Assembly (NCBI GenBank): GCA_046757025.1
Contig: JBHHXN010000054.1
Span: 1-29,694, forward strand
DNA length: 29,694 nucleotides
Source of the DNA: a bacterium
GTDB lineage: Bacteria > Zhuqueibacterota > Zhuqueibacteria > Oceanimicrobiales > Oceanimicrobiaceae
Direction: 5' to 3'
Shown here: positions 1 to 8,560 of the stretch, piece by piece
How the letters are laid out: each line of letters opens with the position of its first letter
How positions within the stretch are numbered: the stretch's first letter is position 1
Notes under the pieces: model-generated
Told to the model about the DNA's origin: nothing
What the model saw: only the letters and a program-made list of their open reading frames with translations
Database searches by the model: none
Translations under genes and position numbers: made by a program

Positions 1-194
1 TATTTATTCTTTGTGACTTCGCGCCTTTTTGGCGGAAGTTTATGAATCATGCAGGCTAAAAAACTTTGTGGTAGTTTTTAACGGGCAGCGGGTCTATCGA
101 AATTGAAAGTCGATGAGTCTTTTGTAAATCGCTAGCGACCAGGCACTGCTTGCAGCACAACCCAATTTTAAAACTAACCATAAAGGAGACCACT

Positions 195-794
195 ATGCAA
201 CATTTGATAATCATTGAGGCTCTTTTCGCTACGGCTCGTTTGGGGGACACCAAAGCTGAAAACGAGCTGTTCAAACTTCTTCACGAGCGAATTATGAAAC
301 TCGTAAAAAACCGTGTACGTAGTTTTTATAAACATCCCACTGAGTGCCAGAAAGACGTCGAGGATTTAGCCGCTGAAATTGATCTTTTTGTTTTTGAAAA
401 TTACAAAGATGCGAATTTTTCCTATGGCTTTTTTCCGTGGGTGATGAAAGTAGCCAGAAACAAAATCGGCGTTTACTACCGCCGGCAAAAAGTACAGAAT
501 AGGATTATCTGTCATTTAGACTTTGAATCCTTGCCGTTTGCGCAAATGTACAATGAAGTCAATTTCGAGACGGCTTTGCAAATTCAGGAATTGCAACAGG
601 CGATCGCTAAGTCGGTGAAAAAGCTGCCCGACCGCTACCAGAAAATTGCTCGTGTTTTGTTGCATGGACGAATTAAAGAATATATGAAAGTCCAAAAAAA
701 GAAGCGGATAAAAATCAATACGATTTATAGTCAAATTCATCGCTGTCGGGGGTTGATGCTGGATATGATTAATCAAGCCGGCTTTGAGGTTTGA
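195..794 (+). CDS. ECF-type (group 4) RNA polymerase sigma-70 factor
   Basis: Region-2-like DVEDLAAEI...FFPWVMKVARN and region-4-like LPDRYQKI...INTIYSQIHRCR. ATG at 195 follows AAGGAG, so it is preferred over the ORF-track TTG at 150. Confidence 0.8.
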   Translation: MQHLIIIEALFATARLGDTKAENELFKLLHERIMKLVKNRVRSFYKHPTECQKDVEDLAAEIDLFVFENYKDANFSYGFFPWVMKVARNKIGVYYRRQKVQNRIICHLDFESLPFAQMYNEVNFETALQIQELQQAIAKSVKKLPDRYQKIARVLLHGRIKEYMKVQKKKRIKINTIYSQIHRCRGLMLDMINQAGFEV

Positions 795-808
795 CATCGT
801 TGCTTACT

Positions 809-974
809 TAGTGTCTGAACGGAAACTCTCCCCAACGCCCGGTCATTGCGAGTCCAGCGGTGTGTGCGGGACGACGCAATCTCCTGCCGTGCTTAAGACG
901 GAGATTGCTTCGGTCCTTCGTCGTTCGCAATGACATCGTCCTCTTTGATTTCTTTATTTTTCGGTCAGATACTA
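809..974. mobile_element. MITE-like element carrying an inverted REP-like pair
   Basis: Terminal inverted repeats TAGTGTCTGAACGGAAA (809-825) and TTTTCGGTCAGATACTA (958-974), 14/17 match. Internal GTCATTGCGAG...GCAATCTC / GAGATTGC...TCGCAATGAC palindrome pair at 842-934. Confidence 0.65.
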
Positions 975-975
975 C

Positions 976-1115
976 TAGAACGTTTCCTAATTAATGTTAC
1001 AACAAATTGTCATTGCGAGCGCAGCGAAGCAATCTCCTAACTTGCTGAATATCAGGAGATTGCTTCGTCGTTACACTCCTCGCAATGACTGCCATGATAA
1101 TAAGGAATCGCACTA
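976..1115. mobile_element. Second tandem MITE-like element carrying a REP-like pair
   Basis: Inverted ends TAGAACGTTTCCTAATTA (976-993) and TAATAAGGAATCGCACTA (1098-1115), 14/18 match. Internal GTCATTGCGAG..CGAAGCAATCTCCT / AGGAGATTGCTTCG..CTCGCAATGAC at 1009-1089. Confidence 0.65.
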
Positions 1116-1177
1116 CTACTTAAGAAACCGAATTCTTGATTTATACAACACAGGTTAAACTAAAAGGAGACGGAACC

Positions 1178-1543
1178 ATGAAAAAGTTAGCTCTTATTTT
1201 GTTTTCGACAATGTGTTTCTCACAATCCATTTTACTGACTTCTTGCAGCAGTCCAACCGATGCCGATGGTGTGGAATTAAGTTTAAACAGCGGCTGGCCT
1301 GCCATCACGATTGCCGGCTACCATCGTTATCGTGAGCCCGGTGGTAGCTATCGAACCTATGATATGAAATATGATTTCTTGAGTCGTCGTATTAGTTGGA
1401 AAAAGGATTATGAAAAAGATGATAAGAGCAAAAGAGTTACGGTCAAATTTCATTCGGTGGAGTGGCGGCAGTACGACTCTTTTGCTCAGGAGGCCAAAGC
1501 CTTTAAAGTTGATGTGTTCAATAAAACGTTTTCCTGGCCGTAA
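1178..1543 (+). CDS. Hypothetical lipoprotein (121 aa)
   Basis: AAGGAG RBS before ATG 1178; MKKLALILF...LLTS-C signal peptide with lipobox. Confidence 0.75.
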   Translation: MKKLALILFSTMCFSQSILLTSCSSPTDADGVELSLNSGWPAITIAGYHRYREPGGSYRTYDMKYDFLSRRISWKKDYEKDDKSKRVTVKFHSVEWRQYDSFAQEAKAFKVDVFNKTFSWP

Positions 1544-1570
1544 AAGTAAAACGCCTGAAAAGTATTTTGT

Positions 1571-1615
1571 TTGAAAAAAGCCTGATCGCGACACCTTCGG
1601 TCAGGCTTTTTTCAA
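1571..1615. terminator. Intrinsic, potentially bidirectional terminator
   Basis: TTGAAAAAAGCCTGATCG-loop-CGGTCAGGCTTTTTTCAA hairpin with A-tract before and T-tract after. Confidence 0.85.
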
Positions 1616-1721
1616 CCGCAAAAGTCAAAGTGAAATTTGTCTTGCTGGCTTTCGTTAACCACCGACCTCAAAAACCCACCTTAATCACTTTAAGCCAAAA
1701 CGAATTAAAATTCTACCTTTT

Positions 1722-1907
1722 GATATTTTGAATGGTGGGTAGAGCGAAGAATCTACCACGACTGAGCTTGATAGATTAAATAAAGAAAGGTAGTCAAGAG
1801 ATTTTTCCGTCGCAGAATTTATCCCTTCGCGAGACTCTGGACCGGCTTTGAGCAACGACGAAGGGCTCCTCCCGAATGACCTTCTCTGAGATAATGGTAT
1901 AATGGTC
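1722..1907. mobile_element. Degenerate copy of the 25478-25663 MITE with a nested REP-like insertion
   Basis: Shares AGAGCGAAGAATCT..ACTGAGCTTG..ATAAA..GAGATT.TTC.GTCGC..GAATGAC..TCTGAG with the 25.5 kb element. The right end 1886-1907 matches that element's right TIR at 16/22. An extra CCCTTCG...CGAAGGG hairpin lies at 1814-1865. The left TIR is not recognisable. Confidence 0.7.
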
Positions 1908-1948
1908 GCAGAGGGGTTTCGAAGCAATCAATTACAATCAGTTATGGT

Positions 1949-1975
1949 TAATGTTTAATGGTCAAATGCCGATGT
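1949..1975 (+). promoter_or_regulatory. Sigma28 (FliA)-like promoter for the merR-pilD unit
   Basis: TAATGTTT-N11-GCCGATGT versus consensus TAAAGTTT-N11-GCCGATAA, ending 37 nt before the ATG. Confidence 0.65.
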
Positions 1976-2012
1976 ATTTTTAGAAATAAGTGTTCATAAA
2001 TTAGAGGAATGA

Positions 2013-2267
2013 ATGATGGAAAATATTATCTGGCTTAGCAGTTCGGAAGTGACGCGTAAATTGAAAATTAGTTTGCGGCAACTTTACTATTGGGAATTGA
2101 AAGGCATCGTCAAACCTAGAATGATCACCATGGGATCAAGAGAATTCAAAAGATATTCTGCCAAAGATGTGCAAACCTTACGCCGGATCAAAGATTATCT
2201 AGATCAGGGTTTTACTTTGAGCAGCGCCGTACAGCGTGTACAATCATCGAATGTTTCGCAGGTTTGA
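2013..2267 (+). CDS. Short MerR-family winged-HTH regulator with no effector domain
   Basis: SSSEVTRKLKISLRQLYYWELKGIV..R.YS..D...L..I..YL.QGFTL matches the MerR N-terminal domain; 84 aa only. Confidence 0.85.
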   Translation: MMENIIWLSSSEVTRKLKISLRQLYYWELKGIVKPRMITMGSREFKRYSAKDVQTLRRIKDYLDQGFTLSSAVQRVQSSNVSQV

Positions 2268-2269
2268 AA

Positions 2270-3049
2270 ATGTTATCTCTTCAAATGAGCATGCTCGTTT
2301 TATTTGGAACGATTCTGGGCAGTTTTTTAAACGTCTGTATTTATCGACTTCCGCGCAAGGAATCCATTGTTTGGCCCAATTCACATTGCCCTTATTGCAA
2401 GTACCCCATTCCAATCTGGAAAAACATCCCGCTTCTCAGCTATATTCTGCTCGGTGGGAAATGTTCCAATTGCAAAACCAAAATTTCTGTCACTTACCCG
2501 CTGGTAGAACTCGTCACCGCTTTGCTGTTAATTCTGGTTTGGCAACAGTTTGGCTGGACGACGCTTTTCTGGCAGCACACGTTTTTGATTCTGTTGCTGA
2601 TCACCATCAGTTTGATCGATTTAAACCACAAACTGATTTTGAATGTATTGACCTTTCCCGGAATAGCCATGGGACTGGCGCTGGCTCTGATATTCAACAC
2701 CATTTCGCCGCTGCAGGCCATACTCGGTCTATTCATGGGCGGCGGGTTTCTCTGGTTGGTGGGGTATGCTGGAAAAATCCTTTTCAAACAGGATAGTATG
2801 GGCGCCGGTGACGTTAAGCTGGCGGCTATGATCGGATCGTTTATCGGGCCCACAGTGGTCGTTGCACTGTTTTTTGCCTTTTTTCTTGCGTTGCCAGTTA
2901 TCGCCATTGGATTGATTTCTGGCAGGCTAAAAATGGGTCATACCATTCCATTCGGTCCGTTTATTTCATTAGGGACAGTCCTGATAATTTGTTTTGGTAC
3001 AAAATTGTACCATGTATATTTTAACCTAATCGATCGAATAATTTACTAA
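2270..3049 (+). CDS. pilD: Prepilin peptidase / N-methyltransferase (A24)
   Basis: GSFLNVCIYRLP, SHCPYC and GKCSNC Zn motifs, MGAGDVKL catalytic motif, IPFGPF. Start is ATG 2270 or TTG 2264. Confidence 0.95.
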   Translation: MLSLQMSMLVLFGTILGSFLNVCIYRLPRKESIVWPNSHCPYCKYPIPIWKNIPLLSYILLGGKCSNCKTKISVTYPLVELVTALLLILVWQQFGWTTLFWQHTFLILLLITISLIDLNHKLILNVLTFPGIAMGLALALIFNTISPLQAILGLFMGGGFLWLVGYAGKILFKQDSMGAGDVKLAAMIGSFIGPTVVVALFFAFFLALPVIAIGLISGRLKMGHTIPFGPFISLGTVLIICFGTKLYHVYFNLIDRIIY

Positions 3050-3194
3050 TAAATTGTACTAAATTAGATGGTAACTTAGTCAATGCGATAGAGTGGTCGG
3101 TTTCTCAGTAAAAATAACTCGCTTTTAATGCGGACAGATCCAAGGCGTCTGCTGGATGAAAACTGAGCCACAAGTATCATCGGCCAATTCTGCA

Positions 3195-3221
3195 TCATGA
3201 TGAATACCCTTGTGCCGATGA
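3195..3221 (+). promoter_or_regulatory. Sigma28-like promoter for the kinase-receiver-pilB unit
   Basis: TCATGATG-N11-GCCGATGA, ending 33 nt before ATG 3255. Confidence 0.55.
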
Positions 3222-3254
3222 CAACAAATCATTTTAGATGAGTAATGAAATCAA

Positions 3255-4799
3255 ATGAGCAAAAAAACCATAGACGTCGTCAAAGTTGATATTCCAAAAT
3301 CTGTGTTAGAGCCAACGCAGCTCCAGGAAATCATTAAAGAATTGTTTACCATTTCCCGGGAAGCGCTTGTGGATTTAAGCGGAAATAATTTATGCGTGGC
3401 CACGTTTGCGGTCCGCAGCCAGGAGATCAGAATTAAAACCAGCCAGGCCATATCGGCAAAAGATCTGCAAAGCATAAAAACAAAGATTCGCAGGGCACTT
3501 TCTGAGACATCTCAGGAGGTGCATTCGCTTACAGAATTCAAATGTGTGGTTAACGGAATTGCGGAGGAAAAATATGATTTCGATGGCGACAAACTGAAGC
3601 TTCAGCAAAATATGGTTCTGCCAATTTGCGTTCAGGACTCCCAGATCGGGCATTTATTTGTGGGAAGTTTTGACCGTTCGATTGCGCTTCGAAAAATTAA
3701 TTTTATAAAACAGTTCTCGAAAAACTTTCCCCGGGCATTAAGACACCTCTGGTATTTGAACGCACACCAGAAAGAAAAAATTCAGTTGATGATTTCCAAT
3801 GTCATCGATGGGGTGATTCACTGCGACTCCAAACGGACGATTCAATCCATCAATCGCTCTGCCAAACAGATATTGGATCTTGCCATGGAAAAGGAATTTG
3901 CTGGACAACCGCTTTCGGTGCTGGGTTATGAATTTCTCAGTGACTTTTTGGATGAAGCGGAAGAGCAGGGCATTTTCGAATTAAATAAAGTGGTTCGAGG
4001 CAGCTCCAAAACCGCGCCGTTGCTGGGCATTCACATCGAAAAGCTTCATAGTTTTCACAAAAAGTCTTTCGGCTGGATGATCGTCATTCGGGACGTCACG
4101 AAAAACTGGCAAAGCGATCACATGCGCTCGACTTTAACCGTGGCCAGTCACGAAATCAAAACTCCGTTAAATTCCATCCTTGGCTCTATCGAGCTTTTGA
4201 TGGACAAGGATTTTGGCGATCTCAACCGCCAGCAGCTTCATTGCCTGCGAATTATTAAAGATGACATTGATTACTTGAAACGGTTGATCTCGGATATTCT
4301 CGACTTGTCTCGTTTTATTGATAAAGAGCAATTTCTGGATCGCCGCAATGAAATTTCCCTGGGCTTGATGGTGAATAAGGTTTTTGAATCGAATAAATCC
4401 TTTGCCAGGTCGAAGAATATCACATTAAAAAATAACATTCCTAAGGGCATGCCTACCATCAAGGGTCACCGCGATCGGTTGCAGCAGGTTCTCACCAATT
4501 TGATTGAAAATAGTCTTAAATACACCCGTCCGGGCGGAACCATTGGCGTAGATGCAAAAGTGCAGGATGGAAGAGTTGTTTGCAGCATCAAAGATACCGG
4601 TGTGGGCATTCCCGCTTCTGAATTGGAAAATATTTTCAAAAAATTTGTGCAAGTTGCTAACGGTTCCGAGGAATGCCGACAGGGTTATGGATTAGGTCTG
4701 AGCATTTCAAAACAGATAATTGAATCCATGGGAGGAGAAATCTGGGCAGAAAGTGAGGAAGGAAAAGGCAGTACCTTTTATTTTATAATTCCATTATAA
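3255..4799 (+). CDS. Cytoplasmic PAS-domain sensor histidine kinase
   Basis: PAS-like IDGVIHCD...INRSAKQIL; H-box ASHEIKTPL; N-box NLIENSLKYT; G1 DTGVGI; G2 GYGLGLSI. No obvious transmembrane helix. Confidence 0.92.
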   Translation: MSKKTIDVVKVDIPKSVLEPTQLQEIIKELFTISREALVDLSGNNLCVATFAVRSQEIRIKTSQAISAKDLQSIKTKIRRALSETSQEVHSLTEFKCVVNGIAEEKYDFDGDKLKLQQNMVLPICVQDSQIGHLFVGSFDRSIALRKINFIKQFSKNFPRALRHLWYLNAHQKEKIQLMISNVIDGVIHCDSKRTIQSINRSAKQILDLAMEKEFAGQPLSVLGYEFLSDFLDEAEEQGIFELNKVVRGSSKTAPLLGIHIEKLHSFHKKSFGWMIVIRDVTKNWQSDHMRSTLTVASHEIKTPLNSILGSIELLMDKDFGDLNRQQLHCLRIIKDDIDYLKRLISDILDLSRFIDKEQFLDRRNEISLGLMVNKVFESNKSFARSKNITLKNNIPKGMPTIKGHRDRLQQVLTNLIENSLKYTRPGGTIGVDAKVQDGRVVCSIKDTGVGIPASELENIFKKFVQVANGSEECRQGYGLGLSISKQIIESMGGEIWAESEEGKGSTFYFIIPL

Positions 4800-4804
4800 A
4801 TCAA

Positions 4805-5185
4805 TTGAAAAAAAAAATTTTAATCATTGAAGATTATATCAACATCGTTGAAATTCTGACCATGCGATTAAATGCGCTGGGTTATGAAGTAATCGCGGCT
4901 TACGATGGTCAATCGGGTTTGAATTTGGCTCGCAGAGAAAATCCCGACCTGATCATTCTGGATGTGATGCTACCCAAGATGAACGGTTTTAAAGTGTGCC
5001 GATTGCTAAAATTCGACGCTAAATATAAGCACATTCCCATCATCATGCTCAGCTCACGTGAAACAAAAGATAATGAACAAACCGGACGCGCCACCGGTGC
5101 GGAAGAGTATGTGTATAAATCGGATCAAAAAGGAACTTTGCTTAAACTCATCAGAAAATATTTAAGCACAGAAGTTTCAAACTGA
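4805..5185 (+). CDS. Single-domain response regulator (receiver only)
   Basis: ILIIED, PDLIILDVMLP (phospho-Asp), IPIIMLSS, YVYK; TTG start. Confidence 0.92.
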   Translation: MKKKILIIEDYINIVEILTMRLNALGYEVIAAYDGQSGLNLARRENPDLIILDVMLPKMNGFKVCRLLKFDAKYKHIPIIMLSSRETKDNEQTGRATGAEEYVYKSDQKGTLLKLIRKYLSTEVSN

Positions 5186-5255
5186 ACGAGTCGAAAAAAT
5201 CAGTACCGGTTAATCTGCCTCGGCGTTGTGTCGGTGATCGGGATTTTGTGCACTT

Positions 5256-6983
5256 TTGAAATTTGAAACCGCATTGATTAAAGAAGAAGATAAAAAATTT
5301 GGACAATTATTAGTCAGCAATGAAATCATCAATCGAAACCAGTTAGAAGCGGCCCTAAACCACAAACAGCATCACGATGATGAGCTGGCAAACATCGTCA
5401 TAGAGAACGGTTTTGCTGACGCCGAATCGGTTTATGTATGTCTGGCCGACTATCTTAATTTGCCATTCATCGATCTCAAAGACTACAGCATCGACCCGGA
5501 TGTGTTAGAAATCATTCCAAAAGAATTCGCTTTGCAGTACAAAATATTCCCGGTATTCAAAATTGAAAACAGCTTAACCGTGGCCATGGCCAATCCCGGT
5601 GATGTGCGCATCATTGACACCTTGCACCGTGAGTGCGGTTCAGAAATTGAACCAGCGGTGTGCCTGGAAAGCGACATCCATTTTGCCATTGAAAAATATT
5701 ATGGCATCTCCGACGCGGATGATAGTTCCATCGCGGAGGTGATTCAGGAGATCGAATTTGAAAAGCCAGAGGAAGAGGAAATTACTTCCGCTGAAAAACT
5801 AAAACAGCTCAGCGCAGATGCGCCCGTGGTGAAGCTGGTAAATTTGATCATCTCTCAGGGCATACGCTATCGTGCCAGCGACATTCACATCGAACCCGAA
5901 GAAAAGTCTCTGCAGATCCGCTATCGTATTGATGGTATCTTACATGAAAAATTGAACCCGCCCAAACACCTGCAAGCGGCGATTATTTCTCGCATAAAAA
6001 TACTGGCCAGCCTCGACATCGCGGAAAACCGCATTCCACAAGACGGGCGTTTTCAGGTCGCCATTAGTGGCCGGGATATCGATATTCGCGTTTCCACTTT
6101 ACCCACGGTTTACGGGGAAAACGTGGTTTTGCGCATTCTGGATAAATCGAATCTGGAGCTCAACCTGGAGCAGCTTGGACTTGAGCCCGAAGCTTTTAAA
6201 CGCTTTAAGGAAATGCTGTCCAGCTCTTACGGTGTGCTGTTGGTGAGTGGACCTACGGGCAGCGGGAAAACCACCACGTTGTACACGGCGTTACAGTCCA
6301 TTAACACAGTCGATAAAAATATCATCACCATTGAAGATCCTGTGGAATATCGTTTGCGCAGAATACGGCAATCGCAGGTGAATGTCAAAGCTGGCTTGAC
6401 TTTCGCATCTGGCTTGCGTTCTATTTTGCGGCAGGACCCGGACGTGATCATGGTGGGAGAGATCCGGGATGCGGAAACTGCCAGGATTGCGGTGGAGTCC
6501 GCTTTAACCGGCCATTTAGTTCTATCTACGATTCACACCAACGACGCCCCCGGCGGCTTGACGAGATTGACGGAAATGGGAGTGGAACCGTTTTTGACGG
6601 CGTCAGCCGCCATCGGCATCATAGCCCAGCGGTTGGTCAGAAAACTGTGCAGTGACTGCAGAAAACCCTACCAGCCCAACGCCGCGCTGCTCTCGAAATT
6701 GGGATTGCAGTCACGGAAGCGTCAGGAACCGCCTATTTTCTACAAGAGTGTGGGTTGTAACAATTGTAATGAGACCGGATACCGCGGCCGGCATGGTATC
6801 TACGAAGTTATGCAGATCAATGAAGAAATCCGCGAACTGGCGCTTCAAAATGCTGCGACCGATCGCATCAAACAGGCGGCCTTGAGACAAGGTATGCACA
6901 GTTTGCGTCAAGACGGGTTGATAAAAGTCATCAGAGGCCTCACTTCGCTGGAAGAAGTGTTTCGGGTCACCAACATGGATTAG
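5256..6983 (+). CDS. pilB: Type IV pilus/T2SS assembly ATPase (PilB/GspE/MshE family)
   Basis: ASDIHIEP, Walker A GPTGSGKTT, EDPVE Asp box, LRQDPDVIMVGEIRD, His box TGHLVLSTIH, CxxC...CxxC Zn motif. Confidence 0.93.
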   Translation: MKFETALIKEEDKKFGQLLVSNEIINRNQLEAALNHKQHHDDELANIVIENGFADAESVYVCLADYLNLPFIDLKDYSIDPDVLEIIPKEFALQYKIFPVFKIENSLTVAMANPGDVRIIDTLHRECGSEIEPAVCLESDIHFAIEKYYGISDADDSSIAEVIQEIEFEKPEEEEITSAEKLKQLSADAPVVKLVNLIISQGIRYRASDIHIEPEEKSLQIRYRIDGILHEKLNPPKHLQAAIISRIKILASLDIAENRIPQDGRFQVAISGRDIDIRVSTLPTVYGENVVLRILDKSNLELNLEQLGLEPEAFKRFKEMLSSSYGVLLVSGPTGSGKTTTLYTALQSINTVDKNIITIEDPVEYRLRRIRQSQVNVKAGLTFASGLRSILRQDPDVIMVGEIRDAETARIAVESALTGHLVLSTIHTNDAPGGLTRLTEMGVEPFLTASAAIGIIAQRLVRKLCSDCRKPYQPNAALLSKLGLQSRKRQEPPIFYKSVGCNNCNETGYRGRHGIYEVMQINEEIRELALQNAATDRIKQAALRQGMHSLRQDGLIKVIRGLTSLEEVFRVTNMD

Positions 6984-7004
6984 CAAAAAAATGTAACATG
7001 AATT

Positions 7005-7031
7005 TAATAATAAAAAAAAAGCTGTCGATAT
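7005..7031 (+). promoter_or_regulatory. Sigma28-like promoter for the sigma54 activator and pilC
   Basis: TAAT-N15-GTCGATAT in the 111-nt gap after pilB. Confidence 0.5.
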
Positions 7032-7094
7032 TTATTCACAACGATGTTTGAATACAGGTTAAATGTTTTGAGAAATTAAATTGAAAGAGAAAAT

Positions 7095-8492
7095 ATGTCG
7101 AACACCACCTCCATTTTAGCCGTCGATGATGAAGTTGAATTTACCGGTACCTTGAGCGATATTTTAAAGCGACACGATTTCAATGTAGATACGACCTCCT
7201 CAGGTTACGAAGCATTACAAATGTTGAGTTTGAGGCCTTACGATTTGGTTATTCTGGACTTGTACATGCCTCTGATCAGCGGTCTGGAGACGTTGAAACG
7301 GATTAAAAACATCGATCCTGGATTGCCAGTGATTATTTTGACCGGCGACAGCCGCGTCAGCATGGTGGTGGAGGCCTTGAAAATGGGCGCTTACGATTAT
7401 TTCCCCAAACCGCTGGAGTGGGACAAACTGGAAATTTCCATCAAGAATGCTCTGGTGACCAAAGAGCTTCGTAGAGAAATCTCGCGGCTGAAGGGTCAAC
7501 TGAACGAAAGGTACGGCTTCGACAAGCTGATTGGCCACAGCAACAAAATGCAGGACGTATTCAAAAGCATTAGGCGCGTGGTGGATACCAGTGTCACCGT
7601 TTCAATCCGCGGCGAAAGTGGCACCGGTAAAGAGCTGCTGGCGAAGGCGATTCATTTCAACGGGCCGAGAAAAGACAAACCGTTCGTGGCGGTCAATTGT
7701 GCTGCTATCCCGGAAACCTTATTAGAAAGTGAGCTGTTCGGGCATGAAAAGGGGGCATTTACCGGGGCGGTAAACCGTCGAATTGGAAAGTTTGAACAAG
7801 CAGATGGCGGTACGTTGTTTTTAGATGAAATTGGCGACATGCCAAATTCAACCCAAATAAAAATTTTGCGTATTTTGCAAGAACGTAAGTTTCAACGCGT
7901 GGGAGGAAATGAAACCGTAGAGGTGAACGTGCGGGTGCTTTCGGCAACCAACAAAAATTTGGAAGAAGAGATGCGGCGTGGAAATTTCAGAGAAGATTTA
8001 TATTACCGAATCAGTGTGTATCCCATTTTTGTGCCGCCGTTGCGAGAAAGAAAAGAAGATATCCCCGCTTTGACCGCCTGCATACTTGAGAAATTTAATT
8101 GCAATAATAAAAGAAAAATCAAAGCCATTTCTCCGCGCACCCTGGAATATTTAATGAATTACGATTGGCCTGGCAATGTCCGAGAATTGGAAAATGTGCT
8201 GGAACGGTCTTTTCTAAACACCACAAATGGCGTGTTGTCGCCAGAACACCTTCCCATAACCATCACCTCATTTAAAGATGATTTGATCAGCAGCGACACC
8301 TACATCGATTTAAAACAGGTCGTAGCCATGACCAAAACCATTACCCCCATCAGAGAATTAGAGAAGGAAGTGTTGATGCAGGCGTTGCGTTTGACAAATT
8401 ACAACATGTCCACTGCCGCGGCTGAATTGGGCATCGGCCGAACCACCTTGTATCGTAAGCTCCAAAAGTATCGCATAAGTTTGCGCAAATGA
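7095..8492 (+). CDS. NtrC-family sigma54-dependent response regulator (PilR-like)
   Basis: N-terminal receiver, GESGTGKE, intact GAFTGA loop, [15 protein letters not shown], Fis-type [15 protein letters not shown]. Confidence 0.95.
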   Translation: MSNTTSILAVDDEVEFTGTLSDILKRHDFNVDTTSSGYEALQMLSLRPYDLVILDLYMPLISGLETLKRIKNIDPGLPVIILTGDSRVSMVVEALKMGAYDYFPKPLEWDKLEISIKNALVTKELRREISRLKGQLNERYGFDKLIGHSNKMQDVFKSIRRVVDTSVTVSIRGESGTGKELLAKAIHFNGPRKDKPFVAVNCAAIPETLLESELFGHEKGAFTGAVNRRIGKFEQADGGTLFLDEIGDMPNSTQIKILRILQERKFQRVGGNETVEVNVRVLSATNKNLEEEMRRGNFREDLYYRISVYPIFVPPLRERKEDIPALTACILEKFNCNNKRKIKAISPRTLEYLMNYDWPGNVRELENVLERSFLNTTNGVLSPEHLPITITSFKDDLISSDTYIDLKQVVAMTKTITPIRELEKEVLMQALRLTNYNMSTAAAELGIGRTTLYRKLQKYRISLRK

Positions 8493-8560
8493 TACACATT
8501 GAAAAAAACGTTCCACCGCATTGTAAAAGTAGTGGACAAAGTCAGCGGTAGTTTTCTCCT

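Noticed and set aside
842..1089. Repeated GTCATTGCGAG/GCAATCTC units as a CRISPR array
   Set aside because: The repeats are inverted pairs, not direct repeats with regular unique spacers, and there are no cas genes.
1891..1906. ATAATGGT tandem repeat as an operator
   Set aside because: It coincides with the decayed right TIR of the MITE copy, which explains it.
1685..1927. 80-aa minus-strand ORF
   Set aside because: It is translated from the degenerate repeat element, with no RBS or protein motif.
2236..2907. Overlapping 186-aa (+) and 137-aa (-) ORFs
   Set aside because: Alternative-frame or antisense ORFs within pilD with no motifs; the same applies to the many short shadow ORFs over housekeeping genes.
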